DNA of 56,591 nt from Bacteroidota bacterium. GTDB taxonomy: Bacteria > Bacteroidota > Bacteroidia > 2-12-FULL-35-15. This document shows, in pieces, positions 18,018 through 27,422 of this stretch. The position numbers and the translations under genes are program-made. The stretch lies in the NCBI GenBank assembly GCA_025363555.1, contig JANYDQ010000372.1:1-56591 (forward strand), given 5' to 3'. How positions within the stretch are numbered: position 1 is the first letter of the stretch; each line of letters begins with the position of its first letter. A model generated the notes under the pieces. The model made no database searches. It had not been told where the DNA came from and saw nothing but the letters and a program-made list of their open reading frames with translations.

Positions 18018-21000
18018 TTATTTTTCCAGCATCACACTGCCTTGCTCTTTCACCGTTTGCCCGTTGCAATAAGTAACCTCAAGCGTGTAAACAAATTCTC
18101 CGTTATTCATCGGTACGCCATACAAGGTACCATCCCAGCCTTTGAGTATATCAGCCGTTTCAAACACCTTTTCGCCCACCCTGTCGTATATTTTTAACGC
18201 AATAAATTCAATGCCTTTGCCATATACATACAGCACATCGTTTACCCTGTCACCGTTTGGCGAAAACCCGGTAGGCATAAAGTAAGTGAATTCCTGGGTA
18301 ACATACACAGTGGCTGTGTCGGCACTATAACATCCGTTCGTATCTATAGCTTGACAATAATACTGCTGCGTACTTAATGGGGTAACAATTGCTGTCTGGC
18401 AGGTAGAGCAGGTAATATTCACATTCGGACCCCATGAGTAGGTTTGTTCTGCGGGCATTGCTGTTAAGTCAGCCGGGTCGCAGGCATTAATAAAGAGGTT
18501 ACCGGTAATGGAAACAGGTATAGGGTTTACCACATTTACATAAGCCAGGCGAGTTAGTGTATCCGTTCCCTGCGGGTTCGAAACAGTAAGTACCACCGGG
18601 TAGGCACCTGTGGCGGAGTAGCATACATTTATAGGTCCCTGTGTGTTAGCAGAAGAAGGCACACCGCCCGGAAACTGCCAAGACCAGCTGGTGGGGGCAT
18701 TGATGCTTATATCAATAAAAGTGGTGCAACCGTTGTTACATATCACCAGTGGGTTTCCAACAAAGTTGGCTATGGGCGGAACACAATTTTGAATAATAAC
18801 AGTAGCAATAGCTGTGTTAGAACACCCTGCGGTGGTGCCTGTAACAGTGTATGTACTGGTGGATAAAGGACTTGCCGTTGCCGTATTTCCGCCTGAGGAG
18901 GTAGCACCTGCGCTCCAGGTATAAGTAGCAGCCCCGCTTGCTGTTAAGGTAGCGGTTTGCCCGGGGCAAATAGTATCCGAAGTTACTGTTACAACCGGGG
19001 TAGTATTTACTGTTACCGTAGAAACTGCTGTATTGGTGCAGCTGCCGGTAGTTCCGGTAACAGTATAGGTAGTAGTTACCACCGGCAAAGCGGTAGCATT
19101 CCCGCCACCGGTAGCGGTTGCCCCTGCTGTCCAGCTATATCCTGCTGCCCCGGTTGCAGATAAGTAAGCAGTTTGCCCGGAACAAATGGTAGGTGAATTA
19201 ACACTTACCACCGGGGTGGGGTTTACAGTTACTGTGGATATGGCAGTCCCCATGCAGTTGTTCGTCATCCCGGTAACGGTATAAGTGGTAGTTGTTAGGG
19301 GTGTTGCTGTTGCATTGCCACCTGTTGTTGCGTTTGCCCCTGCTGTCCAGGTATAGGTAGTGGCACCTGTTGCCGTTAAATTGGCAGTTTGTCCGGAACA
19401 AATAGTTGGGGAATTAACTGTTACAACAGGTGTTGTGTTTACAGTAACCGTGGAAACAGCAGTTCCCGAGCAAGTTCCCGAAGTTCCGGTAACGGTATAG
19501 GTAGTGGTGGTTAATGGCGATGCGGTGGCATTACCGCCACCTGTAGAAGTTGCCCCGGTAGTCCAGCTATAGTTAGTTGCCCCGGTGGCAGATAAATTAG
19601 CAGTTTGCCCGGAGCAAATGGTGGGCGAATTTACAGTTACGGGCAAAGAGGCAACTACAGTAACCGTAGCTATGGCAGTGCCATTGCACCCGTTGGTCAT
19701 ACCTGTTACGGTATAAGTAGTAGTGCTTGCCGGGGTTGCGTTTGCGTTTCCACCTCCGGTAGATGTAGCCCCGGCACTCCAGGAGTAAGTAGTCGCTCCG
19801 GTTGCCACCAGGTTAGCCGTTTGCCCCGCACAAATAGTGGGGGAATTAACATTAATTACCGGCACGGGGTTAACCGTAACAGTACAAATGACAGAATCTG
19901 AACATCCGCCTGAAGTGCCGGTAACGGTATAAGTAGTAGTAGTTACGGGAGATGCGTTTGCATTACCTCCCCCGGTAGAAGTAGCCCCTGTACTCCACAC
20001 ATAAGTGGTGGCGCCTGTTGCAGTTAGATTAGCCGTTTGCCCGGCACAAATGGTTGGTGAATTTACCGACATGGTAATAGCCGGACTAACCGTAACCGTT
20101 GCCACAGCCGAATCGGCACACGAACCTCCGCCTCCTGCACCTGTAACGGTATATGTTGTGGTGGTAACAGGCGAAACACTGGCAGTATTGGTTCCGGTAA
20201 CGGTAACTCCCGCACTCCAGGTATAAGACGAAGAGCCGCTTGCCATCAGGTTGGCGGTTTGCCCTGAACAGATGCTTGGTGAATTAACACTTACTGCCGA
20301 GCCCGAACCGATAGTAATATTGGTAGAGCCCACACTGCATATAACTCCCGGGTTTGAACTGGTAACTTGTATAAGGTAAGATGAACCGGGTACTGCATTG
20401 CAGGGTATGGTGCAAACAATGCTGCCTGCATTGGCAGTGCTGGACAAGGTGCCAATGGTGGTGGCACTGCCAAAACTTCCTGTTGCATCCGAAAGGAGGG
20501 CGGTATAAACATTTCCGGCATTAAAAGTTCCGGTGCTGGTAAACGAAACGTTTACTGTGCTGCATGGGCAATAAGGACTTCCCGCTATCGGGCTTGCAGT
20601 AACGGTATTGGAAGAATTATTAAGTATTTTAAAATTGTCAACATGGGTCCATCTTGTTGGTCCTGCTGTTTCCACGCTGATGTATAAGCCATTGTTGGGA
20701 GCCACAAAGGTAAAATTGCGCAAAGTCCATATATCAGCAGTAGGCACCGGTCCGGTATAAACCGTGGTTCCCGAAACACCCGGAGCAGTAGAAACGCCAA
20801 TAACCACTGGCATACCGGGCGGATATTGAGAATCGCCTTTGTCCCAAAACTCCATGGTATAAGTAGTGCCCTGCACCAGCGGAGAACAAAGGGTCATGGT
20901 AAAAGCATCGGTAGTAGTAGGAAAAGCCAAGCCCACAAACCAGTTTCCGTTTTGAGGATTGCCATAGGGACATGCGCCCACCGGTCCCATAATATCCAGT

Positions 21001-21191
21001 TCCTGCGCTCCGCCATAGGCATCCACATTTGCCATGGTTGCCGTAAAAACAGCATTGCTTAAATTATAATTACACGGTCCGGATGTGTTAATTTCAAAAT
21101 CTCCGTTCAGAAAATCCTGTGCGTTACCTTTCTCTGTGCTTAAAAACAGCAAAGAAAGGGCAAGAAAGGTACGAAGCGTTTTAACTATCAT
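18018..21191 (-). CDS. T9SS type B cargo: Thr-rich Ig-like repeat adhesin with PKD and gliding-motility C-terminal domain
   Basis: Signal peptide from ATG 21191 (ORF track starts at 21239). Seven ~72-aa repeats (VNSPTICxGQTANL...TTTYTVTG..C), PKD WSWQFPGG, CTD FSPNGDRVND...IYDRVGE...GWDG. Confidence 0.9.
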   Translation of the reverse strand: MIVKTLRTFLALSLLFLSTEKGNAQDFLNGDFEINTSGPCNYNLSNAVFTATMANVDAYGGAQELDIMGPVGACPYGNPQNGNWFVGLAFPTTTDAFTMTLCSPLVQGTTYTMEFWDKGDSQYPPGMPVVIGVSTAPGVSGTTVYTGPVPTADIWTLRNFTFVAPNNGLYISVETAGPTRWTHVDNFKILNNSSNTVTASPIAGSPYCPCSTVNVSFTSTGTFNAGNVYTALLSDATGSFGSATTIGTLSSTANAGSIVCTIPCNAVPGSSYLIQVTSSNPGVICSVGSTNITIGSGSAVSVNSPSICSGQTANLMASGSSSYTWSAGVTVTGTNTASVSPVTTTTYTVTGAGGGGSCADSAVATVTVSPAITMSVNSPTICAGQTANLTATGATTYVWSTGATSTGGGNANASPVTTTTYTVTGTSGGCSDSVICTVTVNPVPVINVNSPTICAGQTANLVATGATTYSWSAGATSTGGGNANATPASTTTYTVTGMTNGCNGTAIATVTVVASLPVTVNSPTICSGQTANLSATGATNYSWTTGATSTGGGNATASPLTTTTYTVTGTSGTCSGTAVSTVTVNTTPVVTVNSPTICSGQTANLTATGATTYTWTAGANATTGGNATATPLTTTTYTVTGMTNNCMGTAISTVTVNPTPVVSVNSPTICSGQTAYLSATGAAGYSWTAGATATGGGNATALPVVTTTYTVTGTTGSCTNTAVSTVTVNTTPVVTVTSDTICPGQTATLTASGAATYTWSAGATSSGGNTATASPLSTSTYTVTGTTAGCSNTAIATVIIQNCVPPIANFVGNPLVICNNGCTTFIDISINAPTSWSWQFPGGVPSSANTQGPINVCYSATGAYPVVLTVSNPQGTDTLTRLAYVNVVNPIPVSITGNLFINACDPADLTAMPAEQTYSWGPNVNITCSTCQTAIVTPLSTQQYYCQAIDTNGCYSADTATVYVTQEFTYFMPTGFSPNGDRVNDVLYVYGKGIEFIALKIYDRVGEKVFETADILKGWDGTLYGVPMNNGEFVYTLEVTYCNGQTVKEQGSVMLEK

Positions 21192-21239
21192 TTTATTACA
21201 TTTATTACCAGGTAATTTTCTTTCTAAATTAATCATCAT

Positions 21240-24200
21240 TTATTTAAGAATGGTAATTGCTCCCATGTACTTATGCAAATCTCCACCCAGATCTTTTAGT
21301 TCTACCTTATAAACAAATACATCGGATGCAGCAGTTTCGCTTCCGTTATTTGCTCTTCCATCCCATCCTTTATAAGGGTCAGTGGTGGTAAAACACATAT
21401 TGCCCCAGCGGTCGAATATCCATAATTGATAATGGTTCAAGTCCCATCCAGTTCCTTTGGGGAGAAATACTTCGTTTATATCATCTTCATTAGGAGTAAT
21501 ACTGTTTGGTGCATAAAACTCAAAGTTATCGTGGATGGTTATGTAATGAATAACGGTATCTCTGCATCCTTCGTTATTAGATACAATTAACATTACCGGA
21601 TAAGTGCCGGGATACGTATAGGTATGGAGAGGAGACCAGGCGGTTGTAGTGGCAGTGTCGCCAAACGACCATAGCCAGGTGGTTTGTCCCGCAGATTGAT
21701 TGAAGAAGTTTATAGTGGCGTTATCGAGGTTAGTAACTGTTGGGGTATTGGTAAAAGCAGCAACAGGATAAGGATAAACATGAATATAATTAGTGCGGAG
21801 CAAGGTATCCCTGCATCCGTCATTGGCTGTTACAATTAGTTTTACATTAAAACTTCCTGAGCCTGTATAACAATGCACCGCAGGGTTTTGAACAGCATCA
21901 GTTTGCCCATCACCAAAGGTCCAGTTCCAGGCAGTGATAGTACCTGACGAAACAGAAGAAGCATTGGTGAAAAGAACACACAGCGGAACACAACCGAGGG
22001 TATCCACGGTAGAAAATAAGGCAATGGGTGCTGTTTTGACCGCAACCAGAGATGTGGCTGAAGCGGAATTATTACATTGATTGGTAGTGGACACAGTATA
22101 AGTGGTGGTAACAGATGGATAAACGGTGATGGAAGCAGTGGTTGCGCCTGTTGACCAGGTATAAGTAGCAGCCCCGGTAGCAGTAAGCACCGCACCACTG
22201 CCATTGCAGATAGAATCGGAGTTTACAAACACGGAAGGAAACACATTTTGCACCTGCACGGTGGTGGTAGCTGTTCCCGGGCAGCCGTTAGGGTTTCCGG
22301 TAACGGTATAGGTGGTAGTGGTGGGTGGAGAAACAACCAGGGGATTAGCAGTTGAACCATTGCTCCATAAATAGGTAAGTGCTCCGCCAGCTGTTAATGT
22401 GGCTGTTTGCCCGGGACAAATGGTATCTATATTGACAGTAACCACAGCAGGGAGATTAACAGTAACCGTTGCCGATGCTTGTGCAGAGCAACCATTAGAT
22501 GTACCCGTAACTGTATAAGAAGTAGTGGCATTTAAAGTAACCGATAAGGGGTTACCTGCAAAACCCGTATTCCAGGAGTATGAGTTAGCTCCTGTTGCTG
22601 TTAATGGAGTAGTTTGCCCCTGGCATATCGTAGCTGAATTTACTGTTACTACGGGTGTAGGGTTAACCGTAACGGTTGAAATGGCTGTATTCGAACATCC
22701 GCTGGAAGTCCCGGTAACAGTATAAGTGGTGGTGGAAACCGGGAGGGCATAAGCACCGGCATTTCCGCTGGCGGTGGCGCCTGTGCTCCAGGTATACGTT
22801 TGAGCCCCATTAGCACTTAAATGAGCGGTATCTCCGGAACAAACAGTAACCGAACTTACTCCCACATTAGGTAACGGAGTAACGGTAACGGTTGCCACAG
22901 CGGTATTGGTGCAGGTACCGGAAGTTCCGGTAACCGTATAAGTAGTTGTTGATGCAGGCGATGCAGTGGCAGCTCCTCCAGCCCCGGAAGTAGCTCCCGC
23001 ACTCCAGGCGTAATTAGCAGCCCCGGTTGCCAGCAGGTTGGCTGTTTGCCCTGCACAAATGGTGGGCGAATTGACCAACACCGTTATGTTATTACTTACC
23101 GTAACAGTAGCAACAGCAGTAGCAGAGCAAGCTCCCGACATCCCCGTGACGGTATAGGTGGTGGTGGTAACCGGACTAACATCAGCAGTATTTGTTCCGG
23201 TAACAGTTGCCCCGGCAGACCAAGAATAGGTATTGGCTCCGCTGGCTGTTAACCCTGCTGTTTGCCCGGGGCAAATGGTCAGAGAATTGACCGTAACCGA
23301 TAAGTTATTGACAACAGTTACGGTGGCTACAGCTGTGCCGGTACATCCTCCCGAATTACCGGTAACGGTATAGGTTGTAGTGGTTGCAGGGTTGGCAGTG
23401 GCATTGCCTGCGCCTGTGGATGTTGCTCCTGCACTCCAGGTATAAGTGGCAGCCCCGGTTGCTGTTAAGTTAGCCGTTTGTCCGGGACATATAGTGGGAG
23501 AGTTTACAGAAAGGTTTAATGCTCCGCCAATGGTAACCGTTGCTACCGCAGTATCTATACAACCGGCTGCAAGACCAGTAACGGTATAGGTAGTGGTAGT
23601 AACCGGGGATGCTGTTGCTGTATTGGTTCCTGTTGGGGTTGCTCCCCCACTCCAGGTGTAAGATACTGCTCCCGATGCTGCCAGGTTAGCGGTTTGCCCG
23701 GGGCAAATGGTAGGTGAATTGACTGCTACTGTGGGTGCAGCATTGATGGTAAAAGGTATAGGCACCACACAACTGCAACTTGCCGAACTTAACGGCAGCG
23801 AACTCACCACCTGAATCTGATAGGCGGAACCTGCAACAGCATTGCAGGGAAGGTTACATACTATGGTTCCCGAATTGGCGGTGCTTGTTAAGGTTCCAAT
23901 AGTAGTGGCACCGGTAAAACTGCCTGTTGCATCAGATAACAGTGCAGAATATACATTTCCTGCTGTAAACGTTCCGGTGCTGGTAAAAGGCACATTGATG
24001 GAACTGCACGCACAAAAAGGGCTTCCGGTGATAGCGCCCATGGTGATGGTGTTCACCGCATTTCCAAATGAAAAATTATCTACATGCAGCCAATCGCTTG
24101 TGCCTCCTAAATTTTGCTGAACAGTAATATACATTCCGTTATTAGGGGCAACAAAGGTAAATGTTCGCAAGGTCCAGGTATTCACCACTGCCAGGGGCGC

Positions 24201-24647
24201 AAGATAGATGGATGTTCCAAAACTGGTATTGGTGGTGGACAAGCCAACCTCTACCGAGAAAGCACTAAAGCCCGCATCTGCCCTGTCGTAAAAAGAAATG
24301 GTGTACGTATTGCCGGCTACCAAAGGGGCAGACAAATCCAGTGCAATGGCATCCGTGCCTGTTCCGGTTAGGGCTACATAATAACACCCGCATTGCGCAC
24401 CCCCGCCTCCCCAGCTGGAAGAAGTAATAATATCCATATTTCCACCCCCTGCTCCTCCCCCGTTATAACTCCCGAAAGCAGTAACGTTTGCCATCATTGC
24501 ATTGAATGCACCATTGGTCATGTTTATCTGGTCGGAACCTCCGGCAGTGCAGTTTTCGAAACTTCCGTTTAAGAAATTCTGTGCACTTCCATTTTCAAAA
24601 CCAACAAGTGAAAAGAAAAGAAAAAGAATTTTGTAATAAGTTCTCAT
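21240..24647 (-). CDS. T9SS type B cargo: paralogous Thr-rich repeat adhesin with two PKD domains
   Basis: Signal peptide, eight repeats of the same type, PKD WNWTFGDG and WLWSFGD, CTD ITPNEDDINE...IFDRWG...GWDG. Confidence 0.9.
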   Translation of the reverse strand: MRTYYKILFLFFSLVGFENGSAQNFLNGSFENCTAGGSDQINMTNGAFNAMMANVTAFGSYNGGGAGGGNMDIITSSSWGGGGAQCGCYYVALTGTGTDAIALDLSAPLVAGNTYTISFYDRADAGFSAFSVEVGLSTTNTSFGTSIYLAPLAVVNTWTLRTFTFVAPNNGMYITVQQNLGGTSDWLHVDNFSFGNAVNTITMGAITGSPFCACSSINVPFTSTGTFTAGNVYSALLSDATGSFTGATTIGTLTSTANSGTIVCNLPCNAVAGSAYQIQVVSSLPLSSASCSCVVPIPFTINAAPTVAVNSPTICPGQTANLAASGAVSYTWSGGATPTGTNTATASPVTTTTYTVTGLAAGCIDTAVATVTIGGALNLSVNSPTICPGQTANLTATGAATYTWSAGATSTGAGNATANPATTTTYTVTGNSGGCTGTAVATVTVVNNLSVTVNSLTICPGQTAGLTASGANTYSWSAGATVTGTNTADVSPVTTTTYTVTGMSGACSATAVATVTVSNNITVLVNSPTICAGQTANLLATGAANYAWSAGATSGAGGAATASPASTTTYTVTGTSGTCTNTAVATVTVTPLPNVGVSSVTVCSGDTAHLSANGAQTYTWSTGATASGNAGAYALPVSTTTYTVTGTSSGCSNTAISTVTVNPTPVVTVNSATICQGQTTPLTATGANSYSWNTGFAGNPLSVTLNATTSYTVTGTSNGCSAQASATVTVNLPAVVTVNIDTICPGQTATLTAGGALTYLWSNGSTANPLVVSPPTTTTYTVTGNPNGCPGTATTTVQVQNVFPSVFVNSDSICNGSGAVLTATGAATYTWSTGATTASITVYPSVTTTYTVSTTNQCNNSASATSLVAVKTAPIALFSTVDTLGCVPLCVLFTNASSVSSGTITAWNWTFGDGQTDAVQNPAVHCYTGSGSFNVKLIVTANDGCRDTLLRTNYIHVYPYPVAAFTNTPTVTNLDNATINFFNQSAGQTTWLWSFGDTATTTAWSPLHTYTYPGTYPVMLIVSNNEGCRDTVIHYITIHDNFEFYAPNSITPNEDDINEVFLPKGTGWDLNHYQLWIFDRWGNMCFTTTDPYKGWDGRANNGSETAASDVFVYKVELKDLGGDLHKYMGAITILK

Positions 24648-24816
24648 TGGTTTGTTTTAAAAATTATGCTAAATTAATAATAAGTTTTTATTAATCAACA
24701 GAATACTTTTGCTATTTAGTTCACCATTTTGCGCAAAAACGATGCGGTGATAAGGCGCAAAAAAAAGTTTCGCCTTTCTGTGAAGCTTTTTTGGGTATTG
24801 CCTGCTGATGAAAAAC

Positions 24817-25245
24817 TTACCAGGTAATGGAAACAAAGTTTGAAAATTCGCTTTGGGTTTGTCCAAGCACAGTAGCCACCCGGTAAAAAGTTTCTTTGCC
24901 TTTCACCACCGTATCGGTTACTTTGGCTACTGTTGATACCTTGCAATGCACCTAGTTTATTTCCACAATTGGGTCCCTAGTGCATTTTTGCCATACATAA
25001 GCCGGATGCACTTTTTTGTTATTTATCTTGCCAAGTGCTTTTCTGCGAATTTCCACTACAAGGTCAGCATCTGTTTTGCTATCTTTTAAATCGTTAATGT
25101 GTATGCTTCCTTTTTTCTTCCATTTCAGGTTAGTACTTTCCACCATCACTTTGGCTAAAGCAGCATCAATACCTATTATTTTTCCCTGCACATAGTTGAC
25201 CACTATCCGCATTTTGTTGTCAAAAATTTGTTCTTTCTGACCAGG
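24817..25245 (-). pseudogene. Remnant of a fibronectin type III-like domain gene, 5'-truncated with an in-frame TAG
   Basis: The 86-aa ORF continues in frame past TAG (24954-24952) for 44 codons (VHCKVSTVAKV...FYRVATVLGQTQSEFSNFVSITW) to TAA at 24819-24817. This completes an FN3-like YVWQ...W...YRVA...SxFS pattern. Confidence 0.7.
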
Positions 25246-25280
25246 CTGTTTAAATTTTAATATAAAACAGTACGGCTTAA

Positions 25281-25415
25281 CGCCTCACCCCTTTATTCCC
25301 CTCTCCAAAGGAGAGGGGGAGGCACCTGACAAAAACACTTAAATGCTTCATGCAAAGTCACCCCTCTCCTTTGGAGAGGGGCTGGGCTTGCCTGACGGCA
25401 GGCAGGGGTGAGGCG
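25281..25415. repeat. REPIN-like element: two inverted CCCCTCTCC-nnn-GGAGAGGGG palindromes with a nested second palindrome
   Basis: 12-bp terminal inverted repeat cgcctcacccct/aggggtgaggcg. Hairpins at 25298-25318 and 25361-25381. cttgcctgacggcaggcagg at 25387-25406. Confidence 0.88.
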
Positions 25416-25511
25416 CAAAATGGCAAGAGAGTTTCATAATAATTACTTTAAATGAAATTTAAACAGTTTCTAAGTATAAGTACAGAGTTGGCGGGGCGAC
25501 AGACAGGCAAA

Positions 25512-25742
25512 ATCTCCGAAAGTACTTTCGGAAACTCCTAAGATAAGTTCGAAATTTCATAAGATAAGTTAGGAAACTCCTAAGATAAGTTAGGAGACTC
25601 CTAACTTAAGTTCGGAAACTTATAACTTAAGTTCGGAGACTCCTAACTTAAGTTCGGGAACTTCTAACTTAAGTTAGAACACTCCTAAGATAAGTTCGGA
25701 AACTCCTAACTTAAGTTACGAAACTCCGAAAGTACTTACGGA
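25512..25742. repeat. Tandem array of 11 x 21-bp units, each an (im)perfect 18-bp palindrome plus 3-bp linker
   Basis: Unit 1 contains the perfect palindrome tccgaaagtactttcgga. Internal units approximate tcctaacttaagttagga or tcctaagataagttagga. Unit 11 returns to the unit-1 type. Confidence 0.95.
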
Positions 25743-25774
25743 GACAAATGGCAGTGAAGAACAAAAAAAACAGG

Positions 25775-26024
25775 CTATGAGCAATAAACTTCTCTTTTTG
25801 CCAGCTCCAGCAGTTGCTGTGGCAGCCCGGCTTGCCTGTCTTTCTGCTGATAAAAAAGGCTGAAATTCTGACCCAATATTTCTTTGTCTTTATACCCTTT
25901 TATTCTTTCAGCCCCTTTGTTCGAGGTAAGTATAGTGCCATCAATATCCGGCAAAATAATAGCAAAATCCTGCACCTCTTCAATCATTTTTTTGCTGAGA
26001 TTTTGTTGAGATTTTTTTTGCCAT
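25775..26024 (-). pseudogene. Truncated PAS-domain (sensor kinase N-terminus) fragment
   Basis: EEVQDFAII..DIDGTILTSNKGAERIKGY..EILGQNFSLFY is a PAS S-box start with the usual WN changed to SN. It stops before the PAC motif, and the upstream ATG at 26024 is out of frame. Confidence 0.8.
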
Positions 26025-26195
26025 GTTTATTTTTGTTTAAAAGGTTTATGGTTTTCAAAAATAATATTTATTGAGAAAACGGGAAGGGGACGATGAAATA
26101 CCTTAGAATTAATAATAACTGCGCCAGGTAAATCTGAATTTTATGGCATCGGAATAGGAACTTTGAAACTAAAAGAATAACTGCTGATAACATAG

Positions 26196-26372
26196 GTAGC
26201 CATTGCACAACCCCTCAAAAATAATCGACCTCAATCCTGCACTCGCGGGACAGTCAAAGTAATAGCAGAAGTAAAAGCAGGTATTTATTTTGTGCAGGTT
26301 ATTGATGGTTCGACAGGCTCACCACAGGCAGGACAGAAAAATGTAGTGAACAGGAAAATAATAATACAATAA
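26196..26372 (+). pseudogene. Orphan T9SS type A C-terminal sorting-domain remnant
   Basis: In-frame ...IAEVKAGIYFVQVIDGSTGSPQAGQKNVVNRKIIIQ-TAA shows GxY and KxxxQ CTD motifs. In-frame TAG at 26193 upstream. Confidence 0.65.
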
Positions 26373-26381
26373 AACAAAAAC

Positions 26382-27077
26382 CTAATCTACCGAAAGCGTT
26401 AAATCTTTAATCAGTTTTAAAATATACTGCAATTGCTCTTCGCGGGAAAGTTCAGAGTTGTCGAGCACTATGGCATCTTTAGCCTGTACCATGGGGTTTT
26501 CTTTGCGGTGGGTATCCTGGAAATCGCGGTCCAGCAAATTCTTTTTTACATCAATAAAAGGGATGTGTTGCCCTTTCGAATTCAGCTCATCATATCTTCG
26601 CTGGGTGCGAATATCAGTATCTGCGGTCATAAATAATTTGAGTTCTGCCTGCGGAAATACATTGGTTCCTATATCTCTTCCATCTACCACTATTCCTTTG
26701 TTTTTACCTAACTCGCGTTGTATGGCTATCATTTTCACTCTCACCTGGTGTATGGCAGAAACCTTGCTAACGTTTTCAGAAACCACCATCTGTCGAATAT
26801 CTTTCTCCACATTTTCTTCGTTCAAAAAAGTATCAGATGATTTGGTGTGAGGGTTAAACTCAAACCGAAGATTAATTTCGGGCAGCAGTTTTATAATTTC
26901 ATCTTCTATAAAGCTATGGTCTTTAATCACTCCTTTTCTAAGTGCATACAGAGTTACACAACGATACATAGAACCCGAATCTACATAAGCATAGCCCAGG
27001 TGGGCTGCCAATGCCTTTGCTACTGTGCTTTTTCCGCAGGATGAATAACCGTCAATAGCAATAATTATTTTGGACAT
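26382..27077 (-). CDS. cmk: Cytidylate kinase
   Basis: IAIDGYSSCGKST, DSGSMYR, DGRDIGT, RDFQD motifs. Confidence 0.97.
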   Translation of the reverse strand: MSKIIIAIDGYSSCGKSTVAKALAAHLGYAYVDSGSMYRCVTLYALRKGVIKDHSFIEDEIIKLLPEINLRFEFNPHTKSSDTFLNEENVEKDIRQMVVSENVSKVSAIHQVRVKMIAIQRELGKNKGIVVDGRDIGTNVFPQAELKLFMTADTDIRTQRRYDELNSKGQHIPFIDVKKNLLDRDFQDTHRKENPMVQAKDAIVLDNSELSREEQLQYILKLIKDLTLSVD

Positions 27078-27157
27078 ATCATTTTATTGTTTTATTAGAT
27101 ATTATAAGATATTATATAGATTAAGAAACATATTGTTATATTTTGAAAACATTTCTT

Positions 27158-27297
27158 ATTAAGACCTCACCCCCGACCCCTCTCCTTGAAGAAATGAGAG
27201 GGGAGCCAGGATGTGAAGTACTTTGTATCATTAAGTTTCTCACCAACTACCCCCTCTCCTTTCTTCAAGGAGAGGGATGAAGGGGTGTGGTCTTAAT
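27158..27297. repeat. REPIN-like element (inverted pair of CCCCTCTCC...GAGAGGG palindromes)
   Basis: Terminal IR attaagacctcacccc/ggggtgtggtcttaat. Hairpins at 27177-27203 and 27250-27276 with mutually complementary loops. Confidence 0.88.
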
Positions 27298-27353
27298 GAA
27301 ATCATTTCTTGTATATCTTTATTCTATATAATGTCTATTAAGTAACAATAAAT

Positions 27354-27422
27354 ATTTAACAATAAAACAATTTAGCAATACAATCATTTAACAATATAAC
27401 CATTTAACAATACAGCCATTAG
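27354..27422. repeat. Four 16-bp (2 x octamer) degenerate tandem repeats after the porQ stop
   Basis: atttaacaataaaaca / atttagcaatacaatc / atttaacaatataacc / atttaacaatacagcc / attta. Confidence 0.85.

Noticed and set aside
18018-24647. Diversity-generating retroelement template/variable repeats
   Set aside because: No reverse transcriptase in the window, and repeat differences are not visibly adenine-specific.
24648-24675. dif/Xer site (ttatgctaaat resembles an XerD arm)
   Set aside because: No XerC arm at the right spacing. It is better explained as the adhesin gene's promoter region.
24952-24954. Stop-codon reassignment or pyrrolysine read-through
   Set aside because: TAG ends intact genes in this window (cmk, GT2 at 8346), and the gene is also 5'-truncated, so a nonsense mutation is simpler.
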